Source of the DNA: Azolla caroliniana
Lineage: Eukaryota > Plantae > Polypodiophyta
Assembly (NCBI GenBank): GCA_043228905.1
Contig: JBHGNT010000016.1
Span: 12,896,001 to 12,960,000 of the forward strand
Reading direction: 5' to 3'
DNA: 64,000 bases
Part shown: positions 11,905 to 23,715 of the stretch, in pieces
Layout: each line of letters opens with the position of its first letter
How positions within the stretch are numbered: position 1 is the first letter of the stretch
The notes under the pieces: model-generated
Told to the model about the DNA's origin: nothing
What the model saw: only the letters and a program-made list of their open reading frames with translations
Databases searched by the model: none
Program-made: the position numbers and the translations under genes

Positions 11905-12575
11905 GGGATTGAACCCATGGTTAAAGTAACCATAGTCACCTTAACCAATGTTGGTAACTTTGAGGATAGTTAGTTGGTAACCAGAGTCACATTAACTAGA
12001 GTAACTTATGATTGTATTAATGATTACAAAGTCAAACTAGCATATTGATCAATCTTTTATAGTCATAACAACCTACAATCACTTCAAAGGTTATGAAGGA
12101 GACAATGATAGAGGTTCATGAATGTACCAATGATTGATTACTAAAAGCAACAATTTTTATGACTCTCAAATGTTATGTATTAAAGATGTGGGCATGAATT
12201 AACCAATGATTGATAAGTCTAATATTTAAAATGGTGAGCATTAAAGAACCAATGAGTGAGACGTTCTATATCAAAATGGGTGTCATTAATTAGCCAATGA
12301 TTTTAACATTAATCCAACATATTCAAGGCTTGTTAATGATTAGTTTTATATTTTACTTGATTTAACATCATTTAGATCTAGTTTATATAATGATTGATAA
12401 TTTAATTTAAATTACTTTATTAAAAATAATTTTTAGATGTATTGTATTAATAGAATATTACATAATATAGACATTCTATTGATTTGGCTTTTGTTTAGAG
12501 AGAAGTTTATGTTTAGGGAGGAGTATATGGTTAGAGAGGAGTATAACTTAGAGAGCCCTATCTAGACCTTAAGCC

Positions 12576-15356
12576 ATGAGTGAAGATTCACCGTTCTCGA
12601 TTGAAGAATATTGTTTGTCATCAGACCCATCGTTTTCTACTGAAGAGTATTGTTTGTCAACAGAGTCACCATATTCGATTGAAGAATATTGTCTTTCGAC
12701 CGACTCACCATATTCTATCGAAGAATATTGTCTGAGCTCATCTACAGGGAATGTAAATAATGACACATGTGAAGAGTTCTCTATTGAAGAATACGATATT
12801 AATAAAGATACCGAGAATGAAGGAAGTGCCCAGGAAACATTGAATAACATTGGCGATGGTCAGAACAGAGAATTAGACTGTAACAAGGTTACACCAACCT
12901 CTATGCAGGAAGAGAAATCTGGGAGCCCTATGCATATTAGAAGAATTCCACGAAGAATTCATCTGGCTAGATTTAGCTTGGTGACATCAGATAAACAGAT
13001 TGGATTTGATGTCAACAAAATATGTTGTGCCCGTGGTTTTATGTCTATGATTGGAAAATCAAAGTTGCGAGAATTAAGGCGATACTATTTTTCGATGACC
13101 GGTGATGAGCAAGACACTTACCTCGGATCACATATGCAACTAGTATCTGACAAATGTACGGGGATCAAAGTATCATTCGAGTATTATATCTTCCATGCGC
13201 AACAGATATGTAGAGTTGCATTCAAAATTGCGTTATGTGTTAGTAACATGCGGCTACATAGAGTACAACAACGTCTACTTAGCGGGGATCAGATGCTCAA
13301 TTGTAAAGAGGTTCCAAGTATGAAAGGTGCAATTGGAAGACTAGCTATTCGCTGGATGAAAACTTACTTTCAGTTAAATTGTGAAGTAATGCCCACTACA
13401 GGTAGGATGCATCTTTCTGATAATTATACCCGTCGGGAAGTTTATGATGTCTATCGATCTGAAATGCTGGGCTCACGTAATAAGTCTATCACCTATAGCC
13501 AATTCACAAGATTATGGAGAGCTCGGTTTTCAAATGTTATTATTCCTCGTAAAGTACGTATGGGGTATTGCTCCATTTGTGCAAATCTTAAAAGTTTGGC
13601 TAAAGGTGCAAAGACATCAATGGAAAAGGATACGAGTAAGAAGTTACTACATGAGCATCGTGAGGCACAATCCTTAGAACGAAGGAAGGCGATGCATCAT
13701 AGAGAGAAGTGTTTGAAGAGGCCTGAACAATACATGTGCTTAATGATAGATGGCATGGACCAGAAGAAGACATGCTTGCCGCATATGCGGAGGCTCCCCA
13801 AAGATGTCAATGATGAGTGCCTTATTCAAATGCACTTGGTGGGATGCTTGGCTTATAATAGGTCTGTTCGACCTCACGTCTTCATTACTTACCCCAATGT
13901 TCACAATGACCCTAACCTAACAGTTACAGTGATTCACCGAGTTTTGATGTCTTGGGGACAACCTTTCCCCCCTGTTCTATACATTCAATTGGACAATACT
14001 GCTAGAGAGAACAAAAATTCAACTGTATTTGGCTATCTAAGTATGTTGGTCAACCTAGAATTGTTTAGGAAAGTGAAAGTCAATTTCCTTTTGGTTGGCC
14101 ACACACATGACCATATAGATCAGATGTTTAGCACATTCTCCAGACAGTTGTCTCGGCATGATGCTTTCACTTTACCTAAACTATTTGATGTCATTTGTGA
14201 TGCATATACACCACGCCCAAAAGTGTTACACTTGAAGGAGGTATATGACTTTAAGAGATATATATTAGATGGGGGTGGTGGGAATGTTAAAGTGCTTGCT
14301 CAGTTAAACAATATAAGTTTCAATCACATTTTTTTGATAAAGAAAAATGGAATAAGTGGTTCTACACTTTTGTATGCCAAACAATATTCATCTTCTACAA
14401 CATGGGAACCTGAAGGTGGTTGCCAGTTATTACTTTGTATGCCGAGTACAATTGTCCATGGAGCTAAGCAAATGCCAATTGAGAAGAAAGGACAGTTGCA
14501 GAGCGACTTGGTATCAGAACAAAAACGGTCATGGCTCCAAGCCTTAGAAGAAAAAAGAAAGCATATTGAGGCTGCCAAGAAATATGCCGCACAACAAGAC
14601 ACGTCATGGTGGGATGTATTTTATAGTGATCAGAAAGAAATTATAGACAATTGTGTATCTGTTGATAATTGGAATTTGGAAACGCCATTCACATGGTCGC
14701 TGCAACATGATCGCGTAAATAGAAGTCCGGAGCGACTAGTAAATGCGATTAATGACAGCTTGGTCCATCCACAACAAAGAGATATTTATGTGGGACCAAG
14801 GATGACCAAAGCAGCCGAAGCTAGATGGCAAGGAAATTTGCAAGAGCTCACTGCGGGGATGTTGATTGCAACGCCGGCTGATGAGAACTCACATGGCCAC
14901 CAATTTTGGGTTGGTAAAATTCTAGAAGTGCTAATGCATGAAATAGAAAACACGATCAAGTCTATAAATGTTCATTGGTACAACACTAGAAGTGCAAATG
15001 CTTTTACAGGTAAGTATACATTGGAGATGATTGAATGCCAAACAAGAAGGGGAGGTAGGAAGAGGAAGCGAAACATTCGTAACACCTCAACCCTTGATAT
15101 CTCTGATGTGGATATCATCGTGTACGACTTCACACTTACAAAAGCCGTACGATTAAGGAAGTCAACAATAGATATAATAAAAGAAAAATTACCAGGTCTA
15201 CAAGGTGGCTCGAGTCAAAGGCAAACGAGATCTGCTACATATAATCTAGAGTCAAACCATTTGGTTTATGACGAAGATAATGCACTGATTGGTACATCCG
15301 AGGATGATGAGGAGGAATCGTCATTGTATATTAGTTATAGTAGTGATTCTCCGTAA
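12576..15356 (+). CDS. DDD-type transposase, Sola-like, 926 aa, intact
   Basis: Uninterrupted ORF inside the TIRs. YCSIC..H zinc-binding motif; RNase H-fold motifs LMIDGMDQKK, LYIQLDNTARENKN and FLLVGHTHDHIDQMFS. A 4-bp TSD fits the Sola superfamily; superfamily assignment is from motif recall only. Confidence 0.85.
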   Translation: MSEDSPFSIEEYCLSSDPSFSTEEYCLSTESPYSIEEYCLSTDSPYSIEEYCLSSSTGNVNNDTCEEFSIEEYDINKDTENEGSAQETLNNIGDGQNRELDCNKVTPTSMQEEKSGSPMHIRRIPRRIHLARFSLVTSDKQIGFDVNKICCARGFMSMIGKSKLRELRRYYFSMTGDEQDTYLGSHMQLVSDKCTGIKVSFEYYIFHAQQICRVAFKIALCVSNMRLHRVQQRLLSGDQMLNCKEVPSMKGAIGRLAIRWMKTYFQLNCEVMPTTGRMHLSDNYTRREVYDVYRSEMLGSRNKSITYSQFTRLWRARFSNVIIPRKVRMGYCSICANLKSLAKGAKTSMEKDTSKKLLHEHREAQSLERRKAMHHREKCLKRPEQYMCLMIDGMDQKKTCLPHMRRLPKDVNDECLIQMHLVGCLAYNRSVRPHVFITYPNVHNDPNLTVTVIHRVLMSWGQPFPPVLYIQLDNTARENKNSTVFGYLSMLVNLELFRKVKVNFLLVGHTHDHIDQMFSTFSRQLSRHDAFTLPKLFDVICDAYTPRPKVLHLKEVYDFKRYILDGGGGNVKVLAQLNNISFNHIFLIKKNGISGSTLLYAKQYSSSTTWEPEGGCQLLLCMPSTIVHGAKQMPIEKKGQLQSDLVSEQKRSWLQALEEKRKHIEAAKKYAAQQDTSWWDVFYSDQKEIIDNCVSVDNWNLETPFTWSLQHDRVNRSPERLVNAINDSLVHPQQRDIYVGPRMTKAAEARWQGNLQELTAGMLIATPADENSHGHQFWVGKILEVLMHEIENTIKSINVHWYNTRSANAFTGKYTLEMIECQTRRGGRKRKRNIRNTSTLDISDVDIIVYDFTLTKAVRLRKSTIDIIKEKLPGLQGGSSQRQTRSATYNLESNHLVYDEDNALIGTSEDDEEESSLYISYSSDSP

Positions 15357-15679
15357 AGGACTCTATCATGAATGTATATTTGGCTATTAAGTGTAATTAC
15401 ATTCCGCTTGTAACAAATCGAGTAATATAAAATCACGTGTTTTGAATTCTTATGATTTCCCAAAAATCGTTTCTTATAAAATAACATTGGTTGTAAAGTT
15501 TGTGATATAAATTGAGAATGTATGTTTTTGAAATTCGACTTTTTTTAGTTACTTCTAAATCACGAAAATAGTGGATTTTTAACCTTTTTCATAGTATGTT
15601 TGAACTTGTATGATACTGGTATCAATGTGTTTTGTAAAATCATTGAAAAACCCCTAAAATTTCCCTTATCCTTCCATTT

Positions 15680-15715
15680 ATGCGCGATCCTTCCACTTGT
15701 GAACGCGAACGTGTT
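15680..15715 (-). repeat. Right terminal inverted repeat
   Basis: ATGCGCGATCCTTCCACTTGTGAACGCGAACGTGTT is the reverse complement of the left TIR with one mismatch. Confidence 0.95.
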
Positions 15716-17598
15716 GACACCATCTAAACATATCCATGATATCTATTTCGCTATCTTAATTAATGTTGGTGCAATAAGGATTAATTCCAGACTTGAACCA
15801 AAGACCTCTAGTGTGTTAGATTAGTGTCATAACCAACTACACTATTTAGACCCAATTCTAAAAATCGAAGCCCTCTAGTGTGTTAGACTAGCATCATAAC
15901 GAACTACACTAATTGGGCCCAATTGTAAAAACAAACGTGATGGATTCAAAAAATTTGTTACTTTGACGGATTCGATGTCACAAGCACATGGCCATCACGA
16001 GTTTCAATGTAGCCCATGTGATACTAGCATTTAAGTCAAACATGTTAGAAACATATACCACTATTTGACATACAAATGTAGACGTTGATTTTCTTGGCTA
16101 TATTGTATTTTTACAGATACCAATTATTCTATTTATTCCATGTAGCATATTTTATTGTCCAAACTCGGACTTGAACCGGAGACCCCTAGTGTGTTAGATT
16201 AGCGTGATAACAAACTATACCATCTGGACTTGGATCGATAAATAACTAAGTTGGATTCAAATGAATTTGTTAGTTTGACGGATGCGATGTCACAACTACA
16301 TGGCTATCACAAGTTTCAATGTAGCCCAAGTTGTAGTGCCATTTAGCTCAAACATGTCAAAAACAGATAGCACTATTTGACGCAAAAATAGACACGTTGA
16401 TTCTCTTGGCTATATTGTACTTTTAAGGTTGCCAATTATACTTCTCATTCTATGGAGCATCTTTTCTTGTCCAAACCTGGACTTGAATCGGAGACCTCTG
16501 CTGTGTTAGACTAGCATGATATAACCAACTACATGATCTAGATATATTGAGAATAACTAGCTTGTATCGATGAATAAACGACTAATCTCGATGGAAATTC
16601 CATATGCAATTCGAAAGGAGTAAGTTAAAACATTGTTGTTGTTGAAATCACCATGATTATGTGTCCAAACCCTGAGTTCAACTGGAAACCTCTAGTGTGT
16701 GAGACTAGCGTGATAACCAACTACATCAACAAACAAGCAGGATTACCAATAAACAGGGTGGACAATCACGGTGTGTTGAGCATGACTACCAACAAGAAAT
16801 GTATTCTCTTCGACTGCGGGAACTTGTGTGGTTATGGGGAGATTGACGATAGGGTCCCCAGGTATATCCCCTTTGGATGTGGTATAACAAAGGTGTTCTT
16901 GGCAAAAGCTTTGTTTTCATAGTTTATAATTATATTTATCTAGCCAAAGGCCACCACTTATATTTGGTCCTTTCTTTGATGATATAACTTGTAGACATGG
17001 AAAATATTATAGTCTATTTGTATAGTGCCTCTGGCCTTTTTAATTTTAATACCAATGGAGATAGCACGACCAATTTTAATACCAATTTTAATTGAAAAAG
17101 ATAGCACAAATGGAAGCAAGAAATGAAGAATTGTTTTAGCTGTGCTCAACATATGTGCAAGACTTCCAGTTAGTTTAACTTAATACCTGATTATATCGAC
17201 ATCATTACAATCACAGAACCGGGCAAAGAACAATAGTTATGATTCTAGTCAGTCTAAAAAGCACATCTCTTGTCCAAATGTAGATTGTAACCGGAGACGT
17301 CTAACGTATTATAGTACCATGAAAACCAACTACACCATGTAAACATATCGACGATGTCTATTTATCTATCTTAATTAATCTTGGTGCAATAACGATTTAA
17401 GAATAGAGTGTTCTAAGATGAATTTCAAAATATCATTTACTCGTAAATATAATAATCCAAAACATGCAAATAAACCCAGACTCAAACCGAACACCTCTAG
17501 TGTGGAAGTCTAGCATGGTAACCAACTACACTATCTAAACGCAATTGTGAATATTGCTCAATTTTATGCATTTTGATGAATTTCATACTTTCACTGAG
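15716..17598 (-). repeat. tRNA-Val-derived tandem array block
   Basis: Units at ~15778, 15866 (partial), 16156, 16468, 16662, 17271 and 17467; resumes the array exactly where it stopped at 6533. Confidence 0.85.
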
Positions 17599-18350
17599 TA
17601 CTTTGGCGCTTCTCGACCCGTCAGTCGCTTTGTGTCAGTGTTGACTTTTGTTGCCTCCTCATCTATTTAGCCTTTTATTGATTCGAACTCCTGTTGAGAA
17701 TCGGCTAGCTCCGATTCATTCCAACTCTTCCCTGAATTTGGCAGTCTCCAATTTGTCTTTAACCTTCAGGCCCTTCACCACGTCGGACCAAGTCTGGGTC
17801 TTGGCCTTCTTATTTCGGTTGGCTTTGTCCTTCTTGATTTTGTCGCAGTGGCCGCGTGTTTCGAGTTTATCATATGTGCTGACTTCTTCAGTCAACTTGA
17901 CTTCCTTTTTCTTCTTGTCTCCCCCTGTTTTGGTTGTTTCCTTCACTCTGGCTGCTTGTCCAATGCCTTTGCCTGTTTTTCCAGTTTCCATTCCGGTTTC
18001 CTCCTTTCGCCCCCTCAAGTGCGACATGTTGAGATACTAAACCCAAGAATCTCCGAAAAATATTGCAATTTGTCCATGCTGGAAGGTTTGGTGAAGATGT
18101 CGGTAGTTTGACGATCGGTTAGAACATACACAAGATCAGCTTCAACCACTGAGGACCCGATCTCGTACAATGTCGTGATGCACTTCTATTTGCTTCATCC
18201 AAGCGCATGTAGAGATGTAGAAGAACAAGCAACTCTGAAAAATGCAGAAGAGCAAGCATGTAGAGATGCAGAAGAACAAGCAACTTTGAAAAATGCTGCA
18301 ACTTGTACAAGCCGAGAGGTTTGGTGAAGATGTCGGTAGTTGCCGATCTA
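17599..18350 (-). pseudogene. Ty1/copia 3' fragment (RNase H end plus K/E-rich extension)
   Basis: TDIFTKPLG motif and MSHLRGRKEE..TQTWSDVVKG extension homologous to 54805-55360. Confidence 0.75.
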
Positions 18351-18610
18351 CATACCATTTAGATTGAAAAAGATAGCATGAATGGAAGCAAGAAATGAAG
18401 AATTCTTTTTGCTTTGCTTAATATATGTGCATGACTTGCTGTAGGCTTAACTTAATACTTGACTATATCGACAAAATTACAAACAGCCAATCGTGCAAAG
18501 AACAATAGCTATGATTCTAGTCATTCTAAATAGCACTTCTCTTGTCCAAACGAACACTAAAACTAGTTTTCTTAAGACCACCACCGTCTTTGAGTGATAA
18601 CATCTCTCTT

Positions 18611-18641
<31 letters not shown>

Positions 18642-19194
18642 AAGAACATTGTCGTCCGTGGGATTAAAGAAGAGAGTATGGAAACACCCGCATCCCTTGG
18701 AAAGGCCATGGGTGAATTTTTTAGCATGCATGGGTGATCTATGAGACTAACCCACGCCTTTTACGACTATGCTTTTGGAATTGCAATGGATACCCATGGA
18801 ATGCGGGATTTGGCATAGAGGAGTTCACCGATGACTCGGATATCACACTTCTTGTTGAAACATGGGAGCATGATACTCAAAGGATTCAAGGTTTAGGAAA
18901 CTATAATGTACACTCTTTGATATGGAAGAAAAATCAAAGACAAAGAAGAGGACAAGGAGGGGTGGCATGTTTGATTAAGAAGGAAATAGAGAAATATGTG
19001 TCAATCATAAAAAATGATGAAAATAAATGCTACATATGGCTCAAAAGAGAAACACCTAATGATTTGCCCACTTTTGTAGTTGGATGTTACATTCCTCATC
19101 AAGATTCTAACTTTTATGCTTGTTTGGATAAAGATGAACCGTTTGCCAATCTAGAAGATGATATTTCTTATTTGAAATCCAAAGGGGAAGTTAT

Positions 19195-19626
19195 TGTCAT
19201 GATATGGCAAGTCTCGAACCCATGACCTTATGCTACATGGGTCGAGCTCTTGACCATTAAATTATACATTGTAATACGTAGAATATTATTTTCTTTTATG
19301 TTTTATTATAGAAAATTGATGTATATTCCGGATTTCTCTGGAACATTCTAGAAACTTCAGGAGTATTCCTTAGAACACTATAAAAGGAGGAACGAGGCAT
19401 TATTTCGAACCAAATCGGTTCAACGCCAGTCTTAAGCCTCCTAGCTATTGTACATTTCCTTCACATAATATATATCTTTTCTTATCATCACTCTTTCTCT
19501 CTCTCTCGATCTCTCTCTCCCTCCCTCTCACTCACTCTTTCCTTCTCTCGAGAGTTCTTCACCTCTCTTAGTACTAATACTTCTTTTAGTACTAATTCCT
19601 TCTCTGTCTTAGTACTGTTCCTGACA
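19195..19626. mobile_element. Solo LTR (432 bp) inserted in the LINE endonuclease
   Basis: TGTCA...TGACA termini, 5-bp TSD GTTAT (19190-19194 and 19627-19631), internal TATAAAAG and CT-rich tract; splits the GEVIV/GDMNART motif. Confidence 0.85.
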
Positions 19627-22597
19627 GTTATTGTCTATGGGACATGAATGCTCGTACAAGAAGTTTCCAACTTGATTCACAAGAATCTTTCATGCCACAT
19701 ATCTCAAGGATGCAAGAGGATATGCAAATGTATAACCGCTCTTCTAGCGATGAAAAAGATCCGGACCAATTTGGGAAGTTACTCCTACAAATGTGCAATA
19801 GTACCGGATTGCTTATTGCAAATGGTATTTCCTTATGGCCCAACAGTAATGGTTTTACATGTAGAAAACAAAACGGAAATAGTGTGATTGACTATGTGCT
19901 ACTTTCCGAAGGTATTTTGGATCGTATACATAAATTCTCACTTGGTGAATGGACACCAGAATCCGATCATAGGCCTTTATGTATTGATCTCAAATGTATG
20001 CATAGGTTTGGTTGTGAGAAGGCTATTGAAGATAATAAACAACCACACTTGAGCATGAACCTTAAGGGAGCACCCATGTATGCCAAGATGGTTGAGGATA
20101 TGTTACAAATGACAAAGATACAACATGGTGCCACACTAGAATGCAAATGGGAAGCTTTCAAGAAAGTCATTCTCTCATGTACAAACAAATGTTTTTCGAC
20201 CAACCGCACATCTTGGAAGTGCACCAAGAAACTTAGGAAAAAATGGTTTGATAAAGAATGTCGTGAAGCTCGAAAGTGCCTTATGGTTTTGGATGTAGTT
20301 AAGGATAAAGAGAATTACCAAAAGCATTTGCATGAGTATAAAAGGCTTATTCAAAGAAAGAGAAGAATATGGGAAGTTACTCAACAATTTATCCAAACGC
20401 AAGAGAAAGCACATGCATGTGCTAAATTTTGGGGAAATCTAAAGGGAAAACGTGTTGAGAGTTATGGTGACTTAACTCTTCACGACTTGTCTATGCATTG
20501 TAAGAATTTATATGAGTTATCTCTTGCCGGAAAGATGATGTGTTATGGTTCTCTTTCACATATGCCTCCCTTCTTTACAATTGAAGATATATGCATAGGA
20601 CTTAAGAAATTGGCCTCTCGAAAGGCAAGCGATCTTCAATGTATAAAGGCTGAAATGCTCAAATGGACGGGAAAGGAAGCACATATATGGATAAGCGATA
20701 TGTTTAATGATGCATTGCAACATGGTATGCCGTACGATTGGACTACAAACTGGATCAAACCTTTACATAAAGGTGGAGATATAAATAATGTAAACTATCG
20801 AACCGTCATGGTTGGCTCATTAATGGCAAAACTATTTGGATGTATAATGGAATCAAAGATAAGTGTATGGGTTGAAAAAAGTGGTAAGAGAGCTTATGGA
20901 CAAGCTTGCTTTCGGAAACGCCATAGCACCATTGATCACCTTATCACCCTTCGACTATTAATGGAGGAAAGTCGCCTTAGAGGTAAAGGTTTATATTGTT
21001 GCTTTGTGGACTTCAAGAAAGCTTTTGATATGGTACCTCGTGAGCATCTTTGGAGGTGAATGGAAGAACTTGAGGTGCCAAGTGAATATATGCTTGCAAT
21101 TTCCCGAATTTATGAGAAGGTTATATGTTGTGTGCGTATGAGAGATAAACTTTTAGATTTTTTCAAAAGCACTATTGGTGTTAAGCAAGGATGCCCACTC
21201 TCACCAACACTATTTGGTCTATGCATTGATGAATTGGAAGAAATGGTTACCAAGTTTGCAAAGGAAGAATGTGTTGAAGAAGTTGCCATTGGGAATGTTG
21301 TAATTATGCTTTTGCTATATGCAGATGATGTAGTGCTTTTTGCAAATACTTTAGGAGATGCACAAAAGCTTATGAAGGCACTAGAAAATTTTTGCGTGCA
21401 TACTAAATTAAGTGTCAATAGCTCTAAAACAAAGATTATGCTTGTGAAGAGCCAAAAAAGAGATAAACCATGCATTATGTACAACAATGAGCCACTTGAA
21501 TGTGTGAAAAGCTTCAAATATCTTGGCCTTGAAGTTCCTTCAAATCATAGATGGAATGAATGTGCTACACGCTGCTTAGAGGCGGGCAAGCGAGCATACT
21601 ATGCATTTGAGAACACATGCAATCTTGGAGATATTAAGTGTTGGGTCCTCAAGAAATATCTTTTCGACACTTTGGTGACACCAGTTCTTCTCTATGGGGT
21701 GGAAGTATGGGGCGGTGTTATCCCTAAATCTATGTGGAAAGAGTTTGAAAATGTCCAAAAGCATTTTCTTACCAAGTTTCTACAAGTTAAGAAACAAACG
21801 CCCTACACCCTCCTCCTCCTTGCGACGGGATCGCTTCCCATTGAGATCATGTCCATGGAAAGGGTTGTTGAATACATGCTTAAGGTTCAAAAAAGCCCCT
21901 CACATTGACTTCTTAGAATTGTGTGGGAAACAAGAAAAAAGATCCAAAAGACACATAAAAGCAAAATTTTGTGTTCCGGTTGGATGCAAGATATATAAAA
22001 ATGGTTTGGTAGATGGGATGCGAGACACTTGCTTCATGATGCATCATTAGTTTCCTCTGTAAATGAGGCATTTTTGCAACGCCAATGTATCATGACATGG
22101 GACAAATGTGGAGGCTCACGCTTCACACATTATACTACACATGTTGCACCTAACTACAAAACCATATTCTTTACGGAACGGGGAAATCGTACACATCCAT
22201 ACATGTTAGAGCCCATACCGTTATCTGCCATTCGAACCATTGCTTCCATGCGACTTAGCTCACATGCATTGTGATGTGAAACAGGGCGTTGGGGTACAAG
22301 TGATGAGAGTGGTCGGCTATGCACACTTTGCCCTAAACAAGTTCGTGAGTTTGAGTATCACACTTTGTTACAATGCTCTGCCTTTGATCATATTCGACCA
22401 TGCTTTCCACATCTGTTCAATTGAGCCCAATCTTTGCACGAATTCCTCTCACAACCACAATGTGCACTCTCGATTGCAACATTCATTGGTAAAGTTCTTG
22501 AACATTGAGACTCACTACTCACTTTCACACGTATCACGTGAAATGTAATATTTCTGGTCTCATAGGTCATATTTCACCTCCGAAGACGATAATATAA

Positions 22598-22611
22598 TCT
22601 ATCTATCTATA

Positions 22612-22660
<49 letters not shown>
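22598..22660 (+). repeat. (TATC)n microsatellite, LINE 3' tail
   Basis: About 15 ATCT units directly after the LINE 3' UTR. Confidence 0.85.
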
Positions 22661-22675
22661 CTCCCTCTCTATATC

Positions 22676-23715
22676 TTTCAGCAAGAAATGAAGAATTGCA
22701 AGACTTGCAGTTAATTAAACTTAATACTTGACTACATCGACATCATTACAATCAAGCAATCGTGCAAAGAACAATAGCTATGATTTTAGTCAGTCTAAAT
22801 AGCACTTCTCTTGCCCAAATTTAGACTATAACCGGACATCTCTAATGTATTACAGTACCATGAAAACCAACTACACCATGTAAACATATTGACGATGTCT
22901 ACTTATCTATCTTAATTAATCTTGGTGCGATAACGATTGAAGAATTGAGTGTTCTTAGATGAATTTCAACATATTATTTATTTGTAAAAGAATAGTTCAA
23001 AACATGCAAATAAACCCGAACTCAAACTGAAGACCTCTAGTATGGAAGTCTAGCATGATAACCAACTAGACTATCTAGATGCAATTGTGAATATCGCTCA
23101 ATTTCATGCATTCTGATGAATTTGATAATTTCACTGAAACGATGTCACAACTACATGGGCATCATGAGTTTCAATGTATCCCATGTGGTTGTGGCATTTA
23201 GGTGAAACATGTCTCTCGAAAGAAATAACACTAATTGATACAAGAAATCAATACGACGATTTTCTTGGCTTAAGGTACATGCATCTGTTCCACTTAGTTT
23301 CACTCAATATATTCCAATTCTATAGTGATACATAACAATTCTTCTGCTCATTCTACATCCCAGTTTTTGTTGTCCAAACCCGGACTCGAACAGAAGATCG
23401 TGTAAAGAACAACCGTGCAACGAACAATAGCTATGATTCTAGTCAGTCTAAATAGCACGTTTCTTGTGCAAACGTAGATTGAAACCGGAGATGTCTAATG
23501 TGTTAGAGTAGCATGAAAATAACCTAAACCATCTAAACATATCCACGATATCTATTTGTCAATCTTAATTCATCTTGGTGCAATAACAATTAAACACAAA
23601 CTCGAACAAAAAATGTGTAGTATGTAAGACTAGTGTAATAACCAAGTACATTATTTGGTCCTAATTGTGAAAATTAATTTCATGCATTCAAATGAATTTG
23701 TTACTTTGACTGATG
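22676..23715 (-). repeat. tRNA-Val-derived tandem array block
   Basis: Degenerate units at ~22812, 23007, 23371, 23465 and 23587. Confidence 0.75.

Larger units (their letters stand above)
6534..15715. mobile_element. TIR DNA transposon (Sola-like) carrying a transposase and a ParB-like/DNA methyltransferase cargo gene
   Basis: 36-bp TIRs with 1 mismatch; 4-bp TSD GACA (6530-6533 and 15716-15719). Empty-site sequence CTAATCAACGACACCATC occurs at ~4671 and ~29792. Confidence 0.93.
18641..22660 (+). mobile_element. Non-LTR retrotransposon (APE-RT, RTE/RTEX-like), disrupted
   Basis: Endonuclease motifs FWNCNG, LLVETWE, RGQGGVA, IDYVL, SDH; RT motifs FVDFKKAFD, GVKQGCPLSPTLF, LLYADD; C-terminal RLSSHAL..ETGRW..CTLC..H....C; (TATC)n tail. 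Inserted in a (CT)n tract; several stops. Confidence 0.9.

Noticed and set aside
11642-11948. ORFs 11642-11878 (+) and 11715-11948 (-) as proteins
   Set aside because: They are translations of a 9-bp tandem repeat; only the last 12 codons of the minus ORF are used, as putative exon 1.
14095-14115. GHTH read as the HUH motif of a rolling-circle (Helitron/Replitron) endonuclease
   Set aside because: TIRs, a 4-bp TSD and DGMD/LDN/DQ acidic motifs indicate a DDD cut-and-paste transposase.
16653-16922. 89-aa ORF and its copy at 30602-30814 as a conserved small gene
   Set aside because: It starts inside an antisense tRNA unit; similarity is explained by segmental duplication.
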